Source: Octopus vulgaris
Taxonomy: Eukaryota
Direction of reading: 5' to 3'
Assembly: GCA_951406725.2 (NCBI GenBank)
Contig: OX597829.1
Coordinates: forward strand, 28,644,001 to 28,708,000
Length of the DNA: 64,000 nucleotides
Within the stretch, counting starts at the first letter, position 1. Every line of letters starts with the position of its first letter. Below the pieces are notes generated by a model that saw only the letters and a program-made list of their open reading frames with translations, was not told where the DNA came from and searched no databases. The translations under genes were made by a program, and so were the position numbers. Below, one piece after another: positions 1 through 12,260 of the stretch.

Positions 1-289
1 CTCTCCAACTCATGCCAATATGGAAAACAAATGTTAAATGATGATGATTATGCTGATGTTCAGTAAGGTCATCTAACCCAGTCTATTTTTATAGGCCCAT
101 TCTTTTCCTATACACACACACACACACACATCTTCAAAGCCTTGAAACAATATCTTAGAAGAAATGCGGGCAATTCAAACAGTTCTATCTATGAGATTTG
201 CTAATTAATTTCAAAGTATATCTGAAAATGGGGTGGTTGGGTGGGGAAGAGTTTAAGACAAGAAGCTTGAATGTGATTTTATGGAAAAC

Positions 290-915
290 AAAATTCAGTA
301 GGAAGTAGTATTCCCAGAAGTGATTATGAGTGATTACCAAAATTGGGCCAGGGCCACATAATCTCTGGATGCAGCTGAATGGCAGCAAAGACATGACAGG
401 AACAGGACAGCGCAGTACATACATTGGTCAATATGCTGCACACATGCACATGCAAACTCCCTCACTAAGAGAACAGGAAGCAACACAAACCACCATAAGT
501 TGCCCAGAATTATGAAGTTACCATCTTTTGGAATTTCAGTGTTCCGACTGATTGAGAAATAAATAACTGACCAGATATCTGGGGCAGCCCCTGGCTCCCC
601 AGACCTTGGTCGAACCGTCCAACCCGTGCTGGCGCGGAAAACGGACGTTAAACGATGATGATGATATCACAAACAAACTGTGTTGAAGACTTGGTCTTTT
701 GAGTGATTTTGCAGCCCCAACTGACTAAAACACATTTCAGAAAACACTTGAGAAAACTGAGCAAATATAAAGACTTGGAGACAGAAATCAGAAGAATGTG
801 GCATCTCAAAGCAACATTTTATTGGGGCATTTGGAATGATATCAAAAGGAGCAAACAAACATGTAGACGAAATTCCTAGCAGCCCCAAAATAGGTGAATT
901 GTAAAAGATCATACT
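290..915 (+). mobile_element. Degenerate R4/Dong-like non-LTR retrotransposon, C-terminal RHD and restriction-like endonuclease region, interrupted by an RTE 3'-tail fragment (~580-665)
   Basis: Manual translation gives QQRHD..TAQYIHWSICC, IFWNFSVPTD*EINN*PDI and EKLSKYKDLETEIRRMWHLK...GAFGMISKG. These match the RHD / WD..TD..PD / K..KY..L motifs of RLE-type elements. Multiple stops and frameshifts. Confidence 0.75.
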
Positions 916-948
916 TTACATGTTTTACATAAATTCCTCTCCATTTGA

Positions 949-1167
949 CCCTTTCGTTACCAACCCAGTTGAAACCGGCTCTGGCTCTGAGTACAAATGT
1001 CTTGTTTTCATATGTGTTGAATTAAGATCTTCCACCAAACCTTAGTCACAATTCATGTTCCCAACACTAGCTGAATGATAACTAAGTTATTTTACTAAAT
1101 TCCTTGTTATATTTAAAGTAATTGTAATAACACAGAGCATCTCAAAATAAATACAGTAATGAAAGGG
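949..1167. mobile_element. piggyBac-like MITE (family A), ~220 bp
   Basis: Termini CCCTTTCGTTAC...GTAATGAAAGGG (12-bp TIR, 1 mismatch), flanked by TTGA/TTAA. Related copies occur elsewhere in the window. Confidence 0.75.
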
Positions 1168-1359
1168 TTAAATGCAAGCTTGCTCATTCAGTGTTACCAT
1201 AAATTTTATAAACAGATTTTTTTTGCACTGACAACAGTTTTTCAATTGCATGGCATCTATAGATGCAAAATCTTGTTGTCCTTTGACATTTTTCCTTGAG
1301 AGACGGGTGTAGTTTGTATAAATTAAAACAAAACCAAAACCAAAAGGAGCATAAGAATA

Positions 1360-1784
1360 ATAATGGTTTCAGTAATTCAGAGGAGAGGATAAAATCACAC
1401 TGACCACAGTGCTTGACTGGTATTTAATTTATTGGCTCTGAAAGGATGAAAGTCAAAGTCAAAGTTGGGAGAATTTGAACTCAGAGCATAAAGACAGAGA
1501 AAATGCCACTAACACTTTCAGATTTTTGGCACAAGGCCAGCAAGTTCAGAGAAAATGGCAAGTTGATTACATCAAACCCAGTGCTCTCAACTGAGTACTT
1601 ATTTTAGTGACTCCGAAAGGATGAAAGGCAAAGTCAACCTTAGCAGAAAAATAACTCAGAACATAAAGACTATGAAATACCACTAAGCATTTCATCTGGC
1701 TTGCTAGTGAATCTGCCAGTTTCCCACCTTGATGATGATGATGATTGATTGATGGTGGTGTTGGTGGTGATGTTGATGATGAAG

Positions 1785-1820
<36 letters not shown>

Positions 1821-1885
1821 TTAAAATCAATAACAATAATCCTTTCTACTGAAGGCACAAGGCCTGAAATTTTGGGGGAGGGGGT
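1360..1885 (-). mobile_element. Tandem decayed Deu/Nin-domain tRNA-SINE copies separated by (GAT)n/(AAT)n tracts
   Basis: Repeated AAAGGATGAAAG(G/T)CAAAGTCAA...AACTCAGA block, the reverse complement of the SINE body seen intact at 30418 and 24255. Confidence 0.7.
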
Positions 1886-1916
<31 letters not shown>

Positions 1917-2329
1917 TAATAATCATCATATGTTGCAAAGATTGGTGCACCAGGAGGAAATAATGACTCATCTAGATACATACAAACACAAACACACACA
2001 CACACACACACTTGTATCATATCTGTGAATAGAGTATAAACTGCTGCAAAGTGTGTCACCCCAACTGACCTCCCAACATCATTAATACAACCATAATGAA
2101 TGTGTTTGCTGTCATCATCATCATCATCACTTTTGACAGCAGATACAAAACGTCTTAAGATTTCTGATCCTGCCGGAATTGACAAAAACTGGTCCTCAAA
2201 GTTATATCATTAAAATTCACTCGCACATGTGTATACGTGATTAAAGAAAAGAATCCATCAAAATCTCTAAGGGTGTGGGGTTGAGGAGTACATATAATGA
2301 CAACAGTCTTGAATTAATCGCTATCAGCT

Positions 2330-2500
2330 CTCTTTACTCTCTTACTCTTTTGCGTGTTTCAGTCATTTGACTGTGGCCATGCTGGAGCACCACCTTTAGT
2401 CGAGCAAATCGACAGTACTTATTCTATTGGTCTCTTTTGCTGAACCGCTAAGTTACGGGGACGTAAACACACCAGCATCGGTTGTCAAGCGATGTTGCGG

Positions 2501-2587
<87 letters not shown>

Positions 2588-2714
2588 CTTCTTTCAGTTT
2601 CCGTCTACCAAATCCACTCACAAGGCTTTGAAGACACTTGCCCAAAGTGTCACACAGTGGGACTGAACCCAGAACTATGTGGTTGGTGAGCAAGTTACTT
2701 ACAACACAGCCACT
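2330..2714 (-). mobile_element. CORE-type tRNA-SINE with internal (CA)n(TA)n microsatellite
   Basis: On the minus strand: A-box-like TGGCTGTGTTGTAAG, B-box-like GGTTCAGTCCC, CORE-like TTGGGCAAGTGTCTT, and tail ...ATGACTGAAACACGCAAAAGAG. Confidence 0.85.
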
Positions 2715-3202
2715 TAATAATCAATAATGTCTATTCAGTCCTTACTGTGAGTAGGGAGATTAATAAGAAAAAAGTATCTTTTATATTATGTTCAGCAAGA
2801 ACACAGTGAAGTGGTGCCAAATTTAAGTGACTGTCAGTTTATGTCAGAGATCACTGTTTTATTCAATTCCAGTCATCTCTGGTTGAGCAGATCCTTGATC
2901 AAAAGCATTCCAGTTTTTACCATCTTAGCTTATCATGGTTAAGCTGTTGGACTCAGAACTGTAAAGACCAGGTAGCATGATATGTCTTTGAATAGCAGTC
3001 TTCATTTCACACTTTTCCACTCCATTCAGTTGCAAATGCAAACTGCCACTATCCCTTGATGGCTACAGCATACAGGATGATGATGTCCCAAAAGTTTAAG
3101 ACAGCAGGTTATGATTTGAAAGAGATTTAGTTAGTTTTACTAGCAAACTGAGCAGCTACATGAGAGATATTTCATTAATTAGCTTGTGTGTGTATCCACA
3201 CA

Positions 3203-3236
<34 letters not shown>

Positions 3237-3265
3237 TTTCTAGAGAAAAGGTAGTGCCCCAGAGC

Positions 3266-3268
<3 letters not shown>

Positions 3269-3314
<46 letters not shown>

Positions 3315-3335
3315 AAGAGAGAGAGAGAAAAGAGA
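3269..3335. repeat. (GA)n microsatellite
   Basis: Directly visible. Confidence 0.95.
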
Positions 3336-4756
3336 CAGTGAAGTAGCCTCAAACTAGAGGACTTGTCCAAATGCTTGCAAAAGAGTGCACTTCACTAAAG
3401 GCACTTAACATGTTAAGTGATGGTGTTCAACAGGGTGGCAGTTTAAGTCTACCATCCATGCTGCAGTGGAAATTGAACTCCGAACACAAAGAGTTGCAAT
3501 GTGTGTATGTATGTTTATATATATATATATATCATATATTATTTTGTGTATCAGTAAATACAAACATTAATACAACTGTGAGGGTCATCTCAATATTATC
3601 TACACACTCTAATAAGAACACTCAATCAACTTATCTTCAAATAACATTGCTATTACTGTTGTTTTTGTTGTTGTATGACGGGAAGAGGAGGAGGAGGAGA
3701 TAATGACTTCATTTCAGCACACACCCACTGCAATATCTGGGTAGAACAAACTACCAAGGCAGCTTCAATGTCAGCAAGAGATACCAGTCAAATCATTTTT
3801 TTCCCCCCCTCAAATCATATTCCTTACTAATTTCAAACCGCAATCATCATCAAAATCCCCACCAGCCAAAGAAAGTATTGAGGGTACTGTATATGTTCAA
3901 GACAAATTTGTCTGAAAACACTGAACAGTCTGATGCCGTTGATCATAAGCCTTATGGATTAGTGTGTAGACCTAGGGTTGAAGAATAATAACATTTGGAT
4001 AAAACTGAAACACGTAGTCATTGATAATGTTAACTACTTGCAAGTGTGTGTGCATTGTGCTGTATAAGTTTAAGATGTTAGTCTAGATAATATAAGGTCA
4101 AACTTAGCTTTTCACAATGCAATGTATTGTTTCATGAACAAAGATTTTTTTTTTTTGTTTTTCGATCTGTTCAGCATTTGCCATTCATCTTTTATTTTCT
4201 CCCCACCAATTCCAGTGAAAAAAAAAAAAAATGTGTGAGCAATACTATATACAGAGTGCTGCAACCTTTATCATTCACATTATCTTGTCAAAAGTAATGC
4301 CTATTTATTTATATTGTTTTGAATTAATCATGCATTTTCATGTAGCTTTGGGGTTTTGATGAGGAAGTTGTTAAGTTTTTAGAATGGTATTAAATCAACC
4401 CACAATACTTTCAAACCCTCAAACCAGTACTTATTTTATTGATTCTGGAAGGACCTATGATGAAGAATGACCTCAGATCATAACTAAATACTGTAAGGCA
4501 TTTTGTTTGCTGCACTCTTATTATTCCTGCCAATCCATTATCATAATAATCTCAATCAATATTCAGTTGAAGTTTCCTACAGAAATATTTACTACACTCA
4601 GAACCACTGTTATGAAATCAAAGGCACAAATGTAGAATACTGAACATCTAATTTATATTTAATTCATATTGATGTTCGACTTACTGATGTCACAAAAGTG
4701 CTGCTGCTGCTGCTGCTATTATTATTATTATAATTATTATTATTATTATTATTATT

Positions 4757-5194
4757 AAGGCGGTAAGCTGGCAGAATTGTTAGCAATACCGGGCAAAATG
4801 CTCGGTGGCATTTCGTCCGTCTTTACATTCAGTGTTCAAATTCCAAAATGGTCAACTTTGCTTTTCATCCTTTGGAAGGGGGGTGGGTCAATAAAATAAA
4901 GTACCAGTTGAATACCCGAGGTCGATGTAATCAACTCATCTCCACCCACAAAAATTGCTGCCCTTGTAGCAAAATTTGAAACCGTGGCAAGCTGACAGAA
5001 TTGTTAGCATGCCAGGAGAAATTCTTAGCAGCATTTTGTCTGCCTTGACATTCTGAGTTCAAATTCTGCTGACGTCAACTTTGCCTTTCATCCTTTTGGG
5101 ATCAATAAAACAAGCACCAGTTACACACTTGGATTGATATTATCAACTTATCTCATCCCCTAAAATTTCAGGCTTTGTATCATTAGTAGAAAGG

Positions 5195-5241
<47 letters not shown>

Positions 5242-5440
5242 TAAGTTGGCAAACTGGCAGAATCATTAGCACACAGGACAAAATGTTAAGTGGCATTTCT
5301 TCCAAGTCTTTACAATCCAAGTTCAAATTCCATTGTGATTGACTTTGTCTTTCCTGGATCAATAAATAAGCACTAATTGGATATTGGGACTGACTAAATC
5401 GATTTAACACCTCTCTCAAAATTCCAGGCCTAGTGCATCA
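4757..5440 (+). mobile_element. Three head-to-tail Deu/Nin-domain tRNA-SINE copies with (ATT)n tracts
   Basis: Copies start at ~4757, ~4984 and ~5243 (GGCGGTAAGCTGGCAGAA-like heads) and share GTTCAAATTC...GTCAACTTTGCCTTTCATCC. (ATT)n tracts at 4717-4756 and 5195-5240. Confidence 0.8.
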
Positions 5441-5510
5441 TGATGATAATCATTATTATTATATACACAGTATCTAGTAGTAGTTATGAAGGCTTGAATC
5501 AGATCTTTAC

Positions 5511-5536
5511 AAAGAGAAGAATATCTCTGGTATTCT
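5511..5536 (-). CDS. Weak candidate micro-exon of unidentified minus-strand gene
   Basis: Strong acceptor (TTTTTTTTTTCTTTCTCTCAG|) but weak donor (GTAAAG). In phase with the 6923-6965 exon it reads (L)EYQRYSSL. Confidence 0.25.
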
Positions 5537-6069
5537 CTGAGAGAAAGAAAAAAAAAAGACAGGCAATTATAAAGATTCTTATTTAAAACCCTTTAGATTT
5601 GACATGGAAAGAGCTGTGGTTGCAATCAAGCAATGAAAATTTTAACACCTTAAGAAATAAGTAAAAAGTGAATTTTAATATTTTTTTTTGTGTGATTTTT
5701 AATATGGCTCTTCTGTTATCTGATTGCTTCAGTTCCAACAAAGATAGGATTCAGATCATTAGTCAAACTCGACCCAAGTATTTTGAAATTTAGAGGTCAT
5801 TTTTATACAACCACCCAACCCATGTTAGCATGGAAAACAGACGTTAAACGATGATGATGAACAAACCCTAATATTTTTAAGTATCAACAAACTTTTTTTC
5901 CTTTCACACATTTAGTACAAAGCAGTGTTGATAGTGTTATGTTCCAAACACCAGCTTCAAGAATGATAAAGTTATTTTACTAAATTTTTCATTATTTTAA
6001 AAGTTAACTGGAACTAAGGCAGTGTATTTCAACAGAAATATGGTAACAAAAGAGTTAAAAACTTAAATA

Positions 6070-6302
6070 CATATTTCTTTATTGCCCCCAGGGGGCTAAA
6101 CAGAGAAGGGACAAACAAGGACAGATAAAGGGATTAAGTCAATTACATCGACCCCAGTGCGTAACTGGTACTTATTTAATTGACCTTGAAAGGATGAAAG
6201 GCAAAGTCGATCTCGGTGGAATTTGAACCCAGAACATAACGTCAGACGAAATACTGCTAAGCATTTCGCTCAGCGTGATAACAATTCTGCAAGCTTGCCG
6301 CT
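6070..6302 (-). mobile_element. Full-length Deu/Nin-domain tRNA-SINE
   Basis: Reverse complement of the 24255-24475 and 30418-30640 element. Confidence 0.85.
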
Positions 6303-6922
6303 ATTAAATATAGAATTACTGAACTACTGTTTACAGTGAAGAGAAGAAGTGCATATTGTCATGTTTGTTTTAAGCCTGGTACTATTTTATAAGAATCTTT
6401 TACCAAAATGCTAAGTTAGGAAGAGATAAACAAATCAACACTTGTGAAGTGATGGCACAAGGACAAACAAACATCAAATCACACACACACAGGGGACCTA
6501 CACAGTTCCCATATACCCAATTCACTCGCAAAGTATTGGTTGGCCCAGGGGCTACAGTAGATGATACATATCTATGGTACTGCAGAGTGGGACTGAACCT
6601 GAAACATAGTTTCAAAATTAGCTTCTTACCTACACAGCCATGCCTGTGCATATATGTAAGATGTTTATAAAAGATGTACTAAAGATATTGTTATTCCAGT
6701 GATATTCCTATAAGTTTTTAACTGTTAAATATTCATCATTTGTTAAAGGTTCATTAGCATGTTTGTAAATCTGATTACCCTACACTACTTGAGAATGATA
6801 ATTTCTCCCCAGCAGTTGCTTGCATAAGATTTGAAACTCAGTTTTAGACACACATAAAGATTAAGTTATGCAAATTAAATATTAAAACAATAAAAATTGA
6901 ATTAGCTAAGATTCTGACTTAC

Positions 6923-6965
6923 AAAGCATCTCCAGGAATGTAACCTTTTCTAAGTAGAGGATTGC
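6923..6965 (-). CDS. Candidate 43-nt internal exon of an unidentified gene
   Basis: Consensus splice sites TTTTCTTTTACAG|...|GTAAGTCAG in unique sequence. Open as (G)NPLLRKGYIPGDA (phase 1 in) or AILYLEKVTFLEML (phase 0 in). Confidence 0.55.
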
Positions 6966-7233
6966 CTGTAAAAGAAAATGTAATTTGATATATGCATGCT
7001 AAAATATTTAACTAATTAACTGTATATAAATAAATTAATAACAGAATAATAACAAAACAACAATGACAGCAATAATGATGGTTTAAATTTTTTGCACAAG
7101 GCTAGCAGTTTTGAGGAGAGGGATGAGTTGATTAGATCAACACCAGTATTTGACCCTCAAAGGATGAAAGGTAAAACTGACATTGATGGGAACTGAACCC
7201 AGATTGCAAATTTTATTCAATGTCCTGATGATT

Positions 7234-7626
7234 ATTCTTTTACTTGTTAGTCATTTGACTGTGGCCATGCTGGAGCACCGCATTTAGTCGAGCAAATCGA
7301 CTCCAGGACTTATTCTTTGTAAACCTAGTATTTATTTTATCAGTCTTTTTTTGCCGAACTGCTAAGTTACGGGGATGTAAACACACCACCATCAGTTGTC
7401 AAGCGATGTTGGGGGGACAAACACAGACACACAAGCATACACACACATATACATATATATACGACGGGCTTCTTTCAGTTTCCGTCTACCAAATCTACTC
7501 ACAAGGCTTTGGTCGGCCCGAGGCTATAGTAGAAGACACTTGCCCAAGGTGCTACGCAGTGGGACTGAACCCGGAACCATGTGGTTGGTAAGCAAGCTAC
7601 TTATCACACAGCCACTCCTGCGCCTG
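7234..7626 (-). mobile_element. Full-length CORE-type tRNA-SINE
   Basis: Head GGCGCAGGAGTGGCTGTGTGATAAG, CORE block CACCTTGGGCAAGTGTCTT, internal TA/TG tract and conserved tail. Confidence 0.9.
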
Positions 7627-7869
7627 AATAATAATAATGATAATAATTTTCTGTTTGTTTCCACTCCACCATTTGAGTAATGGTGTCTGTCAATGAATTT
7701 ATGTCGCTATAACTTAAAGGTTCAGCAAAAAAGACTGATAGACTAAGCAGCAAAGCTTGAAAAAAATAAGTGCTCCAGTTGATTCATCCAAATTGAATTC
7801 AAAGTGATGCTCCTGCATGGCTACAGTTTATTGACTGAAACAAGTAAAAAGAAAAGCAACAACAATAAC

Positions 7870-8057
7870 AATAATTATTTCCTCTATAAGCACAATGCCT
7901 GAAATTTGGGGGATGGGACAAGTTGATCACATCAACCCTGACACTCAGCTGGTACTTCTTATCAACCCCAAAATCAAGTTCAGCAGAATTTGAACACAGA
8001 ACAATAAAGACAGACAAAATGGTCTGGCATGCTTAACCATTCTAGCAGCTCACTGTC

Positions 8058-8094
<37 letters not shown>

Positions 8095-8325
8095 GTGGTG
8101 GCGGTGATGATGATGATGATGATTTCTACTAAAGGCACAAGACCTGAAATTTTTGGGTAGGGGACTAGTTGATCACATCAACCTCAGTGTGTAACTGGTA
8201 CTTAATTTATCAACCCTAGGCAAAGTCGACTTCAGTGGAATTTGAACTCAAATTGTAATGACAGATGAAATACTGCTAAGTGTTTTGCCCAGCGCACTAA
8301 CAATTCTGCCAGCTTGCCACCTTTA
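7870..8325 (-). mobile_element. Two tandem Deu/Nin-domain SINE copies separated by a (GAT)n tract
   Basis: Same SINE body twice, with (GAT)n at 8060-8123 and (AAT)n flanks. Confidence 0.75.
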
Positions 8326-9769
8326 TTATAATACTACTAATAATAACAATAATAACAATAATAATAATAATTTCTATATTTTTGCCACAAGGGGCAACAA
8401 ATGATGAAATTTTACAAGAGCAAATTACAAGCTGTGAAGGTTTTTGAGAAGAATCCAGTAAAAGAAGGAGAGGAAATGAAACAACATACATACAAAAAAG
8501 AAAAGATAAATAATAAAAAAAAAACCAATAGGACAGCTAAGAAAGAGAGATGATGGGAGTGAATAAGGGAACTCCATGTATACTGGATTATCTTAACTTT
8601 CCAAAACAAGTACACACTCCTGCATTCTTCTGGCTCAGTTCTCTGGACTATAATTATATGCTTAGAGTACACACAATCCCTCGAGCAATACTCTAATTGC
8701 TAATCCTGCCAATCTTTACCATTATCTTTCTTTCCATGTAGTACACGATGAAATTGATGAAACTACTGGTTAAAGACAGGGAACTCCTTATCCATAGTTC
8801 TTTCACTCTTGTTCACTATTCTATCTGTTTCACCTCAGCCATGCGGACTAAAGAAAAACTAGCTTATCTAAATCAAAAAAGAAAGAGGTGAAGAGACCTT
8901 CCTGATGAATTTGGCTGGTAGCTGTGATCTGACTTCTGTTCAGTATTTTGAGAATAACTCATATATATACACACACCCATACATATACATATCAATAGAA
9001 ACAGGTGGGCTGCTGTTCACTACAGCTTTTTCAGACATGTTCTTTATTGATGAAAAAAAAAAGTGTTACATTATACAAAAGAAAAAAAAAAGCCTTTTCA
9101 TCTACTGTTTAAATATACATGATTCTTGGGAATCCTGAAAATTTATATATATGAAGTTGGTTTTTATGTTCAGTTATAATAAAGAAAAAACCTATTTTTT
9201 TATTCTTATATAAAAATGTTGTCAGTGACTTTGAAGTTATATGTGTGTATGTATGTGTACTCACATATATTGTGTAGTTAAGAAGCTCACTATGTAACCA
9301 TATGTTTTTGGGTCAAGTTCCACAGCATGGTACCTTGGGTGAATTTTACTAGAGCCTTGGTGGATCAATGCCTTATAGATGAATTTGGCAGATGGAAACA
9401 ATGTGGAAGCTCTGTGTGTGTGTGTGTGTGTATTCCCCTCACACCCATTTGACAACTGGTGTTGGTTAATATGTGTCTCTAGCTTTGGCCAAAAGTCCAA
9501 TAGAATTAGTAACAAACTGAAAATATTAGGGGGCAGTTTGTTAGACTAACCCCTTGAAGGCAGTGCCCCAGCAAGCTCACTGTTCAATGACTGAAATAAG
9601 TAAAAGATAAATGGAATATATATATACACACACACACACACACACCCTCATATATATGTATAAATATATACTTTTAAAGAGATTTATGTGCTTGGATGTG
9701 TTGTATGCATATGTGTGTGTGCACATATACATATATATGAATTAAACTTACTAGACATAATGTTTTTTT

Positions 9770-11490
9770 AAGTAATGTTGGTAGCAGAGAAGTGTACCAG
9801 GAAGCTAGGTGACAAGTACATTTAGCTAGGAGAGAGGCAGAAAGGAAGCAGTTTGCCAATGTTCTGTGATGTGAGGACCAGGGGCCTGAGGTGTTCCAGA
9901 TAGCAAGACAGAGTGTCAGAGAAAATTGTGATGTTATAGGACAGAAATGCACTGGGGCGGATGATGGTACACTTGCATTTAGTGATTCTGTGAAGAAAGA
10001 AGCATGGAAGTGCCACTATGAAAGGCTGCTAGGTGAGGAGAATCTTCTCAATGCAGACCCAATAGAGGGCCCAGCCCAGCTGTTCAAGTTGATAGTAGTG
10101 TGATAGCTAAGAGTAATTAAGGATATGAAAACAGGGAAAGCCCCTAGTCCACCAGGAATTATTGGTGAGATGTTGAAAATATCAGATAGAGTGGGATACA
10201 GACTAGTCACCCACATAGGTGTCTGGGAAAGTATCATGCCCAACAACTGGTGTAGCAGCATTATAGTCAAGTGCTAACAATGTAAGGGAGATGCCTTAGA
10301 CAAAAATAACTACAGAGGTATCAATTGCTGGACCTGGTCAAGAAATCTATGGAAAGTATCATTGCACAACTAATTAGGAAGAGAGTTAATCTAGATGAGA
10401 TGCAGTTAAGTTTTGTGCCAAGGAGAAGAAATAATACTGGTACCCTCTTAGTGAGGTAACTGCCAAAAATAAACTGCTGTACTTGGCATTTGTCAATATG
10501 GAGAAAGCTTTTGACAAGGTCCCTTGTTCTCTCATCTCATGGTCATTGCTGAAATTATAGATAGATGACTGACTTTATATACAGGGGTGGTGTCAATAAG
10601 GTGAAAGTTAGCAATGAGTATAGCAATGAATTTAGTGTCTCTGATAGGAGTCCACCAGGGTTTGGTTTTTAGCCCCCTCATATGTATCATAGTCTTCCAT
10701 GGTATAACAGAGGAGTTTAAGACTAGGTACCTATCAGAGCTCCTCTGTGCTGTTGACCCCGTTTTTATAGCTGAATGTATAATAGAATTAGAAAAGAAAT
10801 TTAGTAAAGACCAAAGTCCTAGTAAGCAGAAAAGCAGACAAATTACTAATCCCTTCAAATAAATGGCTTTACTCAATATGTAGAAAAGGTGTAGGTAGAA
10901 ATTCCATATGGTGTACCCAGTGCAAGCTTATGGATACAGAAGGCATGCAAAGGTTAACAGAGAAAGTAGTCTTTGTATATGATATATGTGCAGGAACAAT
11001 AAACAGAAAGGATACACAGTAAATAGTTTCAAATGCCCAGGAGGATCCTTAAAGATGATAGATAGTTTCTGTTACCTAGATGACCAAATTAACAATGGTG
11101 GAGGATGCTCTGAAAACATAGTTGCTAGAGTAAGAACTGGTTAGAGAAAGTTGAGAGTTGGTAACAAAGGGTTTTTCCCTCAGAGTGAAAAGCAGATTGT
11201 AAGACACTTGTATATGAACAGCAATGTTGCATAGTAGTGAAACATAGGTTGTAAATGCAGAGTACAAGTAAAGGCTTGAAAAAAAAAAAATAAAGTAAGC
11301 ATGCTCTGTTGGATGTGTAATGTCAGTGTGCATGTACAACAAAGTGTAAAAGCATTGAGAGAAAAATTGGGTACAAGAGGCATCAGATATAGTGTGCTAG
11401 AGAGGAGATGGACAAAGGAGTGAGATGTTTGGCAATTCGCTGTGCTTAAGAAGACCTGTCCATCTAAGTAAAAAGAAGGCCCTAAAAGCA
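9770..11490 (+). mobile_element. Degenerate RTE-clade LINE (RT region with internal Cys/His finger)
   Basis: Fragments FQIARQSVRENCDVIG, MKTGKAPSPPGIIGEML, YLAFVNMEKAFDKVP, GVHQGLVFSPL, SICRKGVGRNSIWCTQCK, DSFCYL and SMLCWMCNVSV. Many stops and frameshifts. Confidence 0.9.
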
Positions 11491-12224
11491 TGATGGTTAT
11501 GTTTATGTCACTCTTCCCCAAATCTTATCTTCCTTCTGTCCATGTTCTCTATTCACTGCATTCTACACTTTACCTTCCAGTTTCCTTTGCAATCTTCTGA
11601 ACTTACCTGCCCACTCACCCTATCCAATCCTTTATACCACCCCACTTATATAACTCTTCCTGTAATTTGAGGGTATGCTCTGACACATCTTTACATTCTC
11701 TCTCTACCCCTCTTTTTCCAACAGAGATGGTCATGTGTCTCCTCTACCACAACACATCTGCTTCTTTTTCTCCTTCTATCATATGCTAACCTATCATTAC
11801 TTAGCATAAAGCTACTTCCCTCGAAACTACCCACCAATCTCAGTTGAGGGATCTTGTCTTGCAAGTTACTTGGTGACATTGCAGAGTATTATCATTGTAC
11901 TCTGCATTCAGTTTTTGAGAAGTAACACATACATTTCATTGGTCCAGTGGACTGTTATTCTGGAGTTTCTGTGTTCATCTGAACTACCCTATCCAAACTA
12001 CTGCACTCTACATTTGTACTGAATATTTCTCTAAATAGTTACCCAACAACTGACAAATACACACAACACACAAATGCATTTGTTTATTTTATATATATAT
12101 ATTTTTCTTGTCTCCTTTTCCCAAAACTTTCAAATAAATATTTATAAATTGTTTTAGATATTTGTAATAATTTCATTAAAAAAAAAAATTTTTTAAAAAG
12201 ATGTCAGCAATTCTTCATTTTCAG

Positions 12225-12260
12225 GACCTAAAGAAGTGAAAGTATTTAGCTTGTCAGCGG
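12225..12260 (+). CDS. Candidate 36-nt symmetric (phase 1-1) micro-exon
   Basis: TTCTTCATTTTCAG|...|GTAGGT. Only one frame is open (xPKEVKVFSLSA). Opposite strand to the other candidate exons and could be chance. Confidence 0.3.

Noticed and set aside
1670-2185. 171-aa minus-strand ORF
   Set aside because: Mostly microsatellites and a SINE fragment, non-ATG start, and no recognisable domain.
8540-8960. Unique-looking sequence checked for a coding exon
   Set aside because: Frequent stops in the frames checked on the minus strand and no convincing splice-site pair.
11933-11978. Possible 46-nt minus-strand exon (DEHRNSRITVHWTNE) with GTATGT donor
   Set aside because: The acceptor lacks a polypyrimidine tract, and longer versions contain stops.
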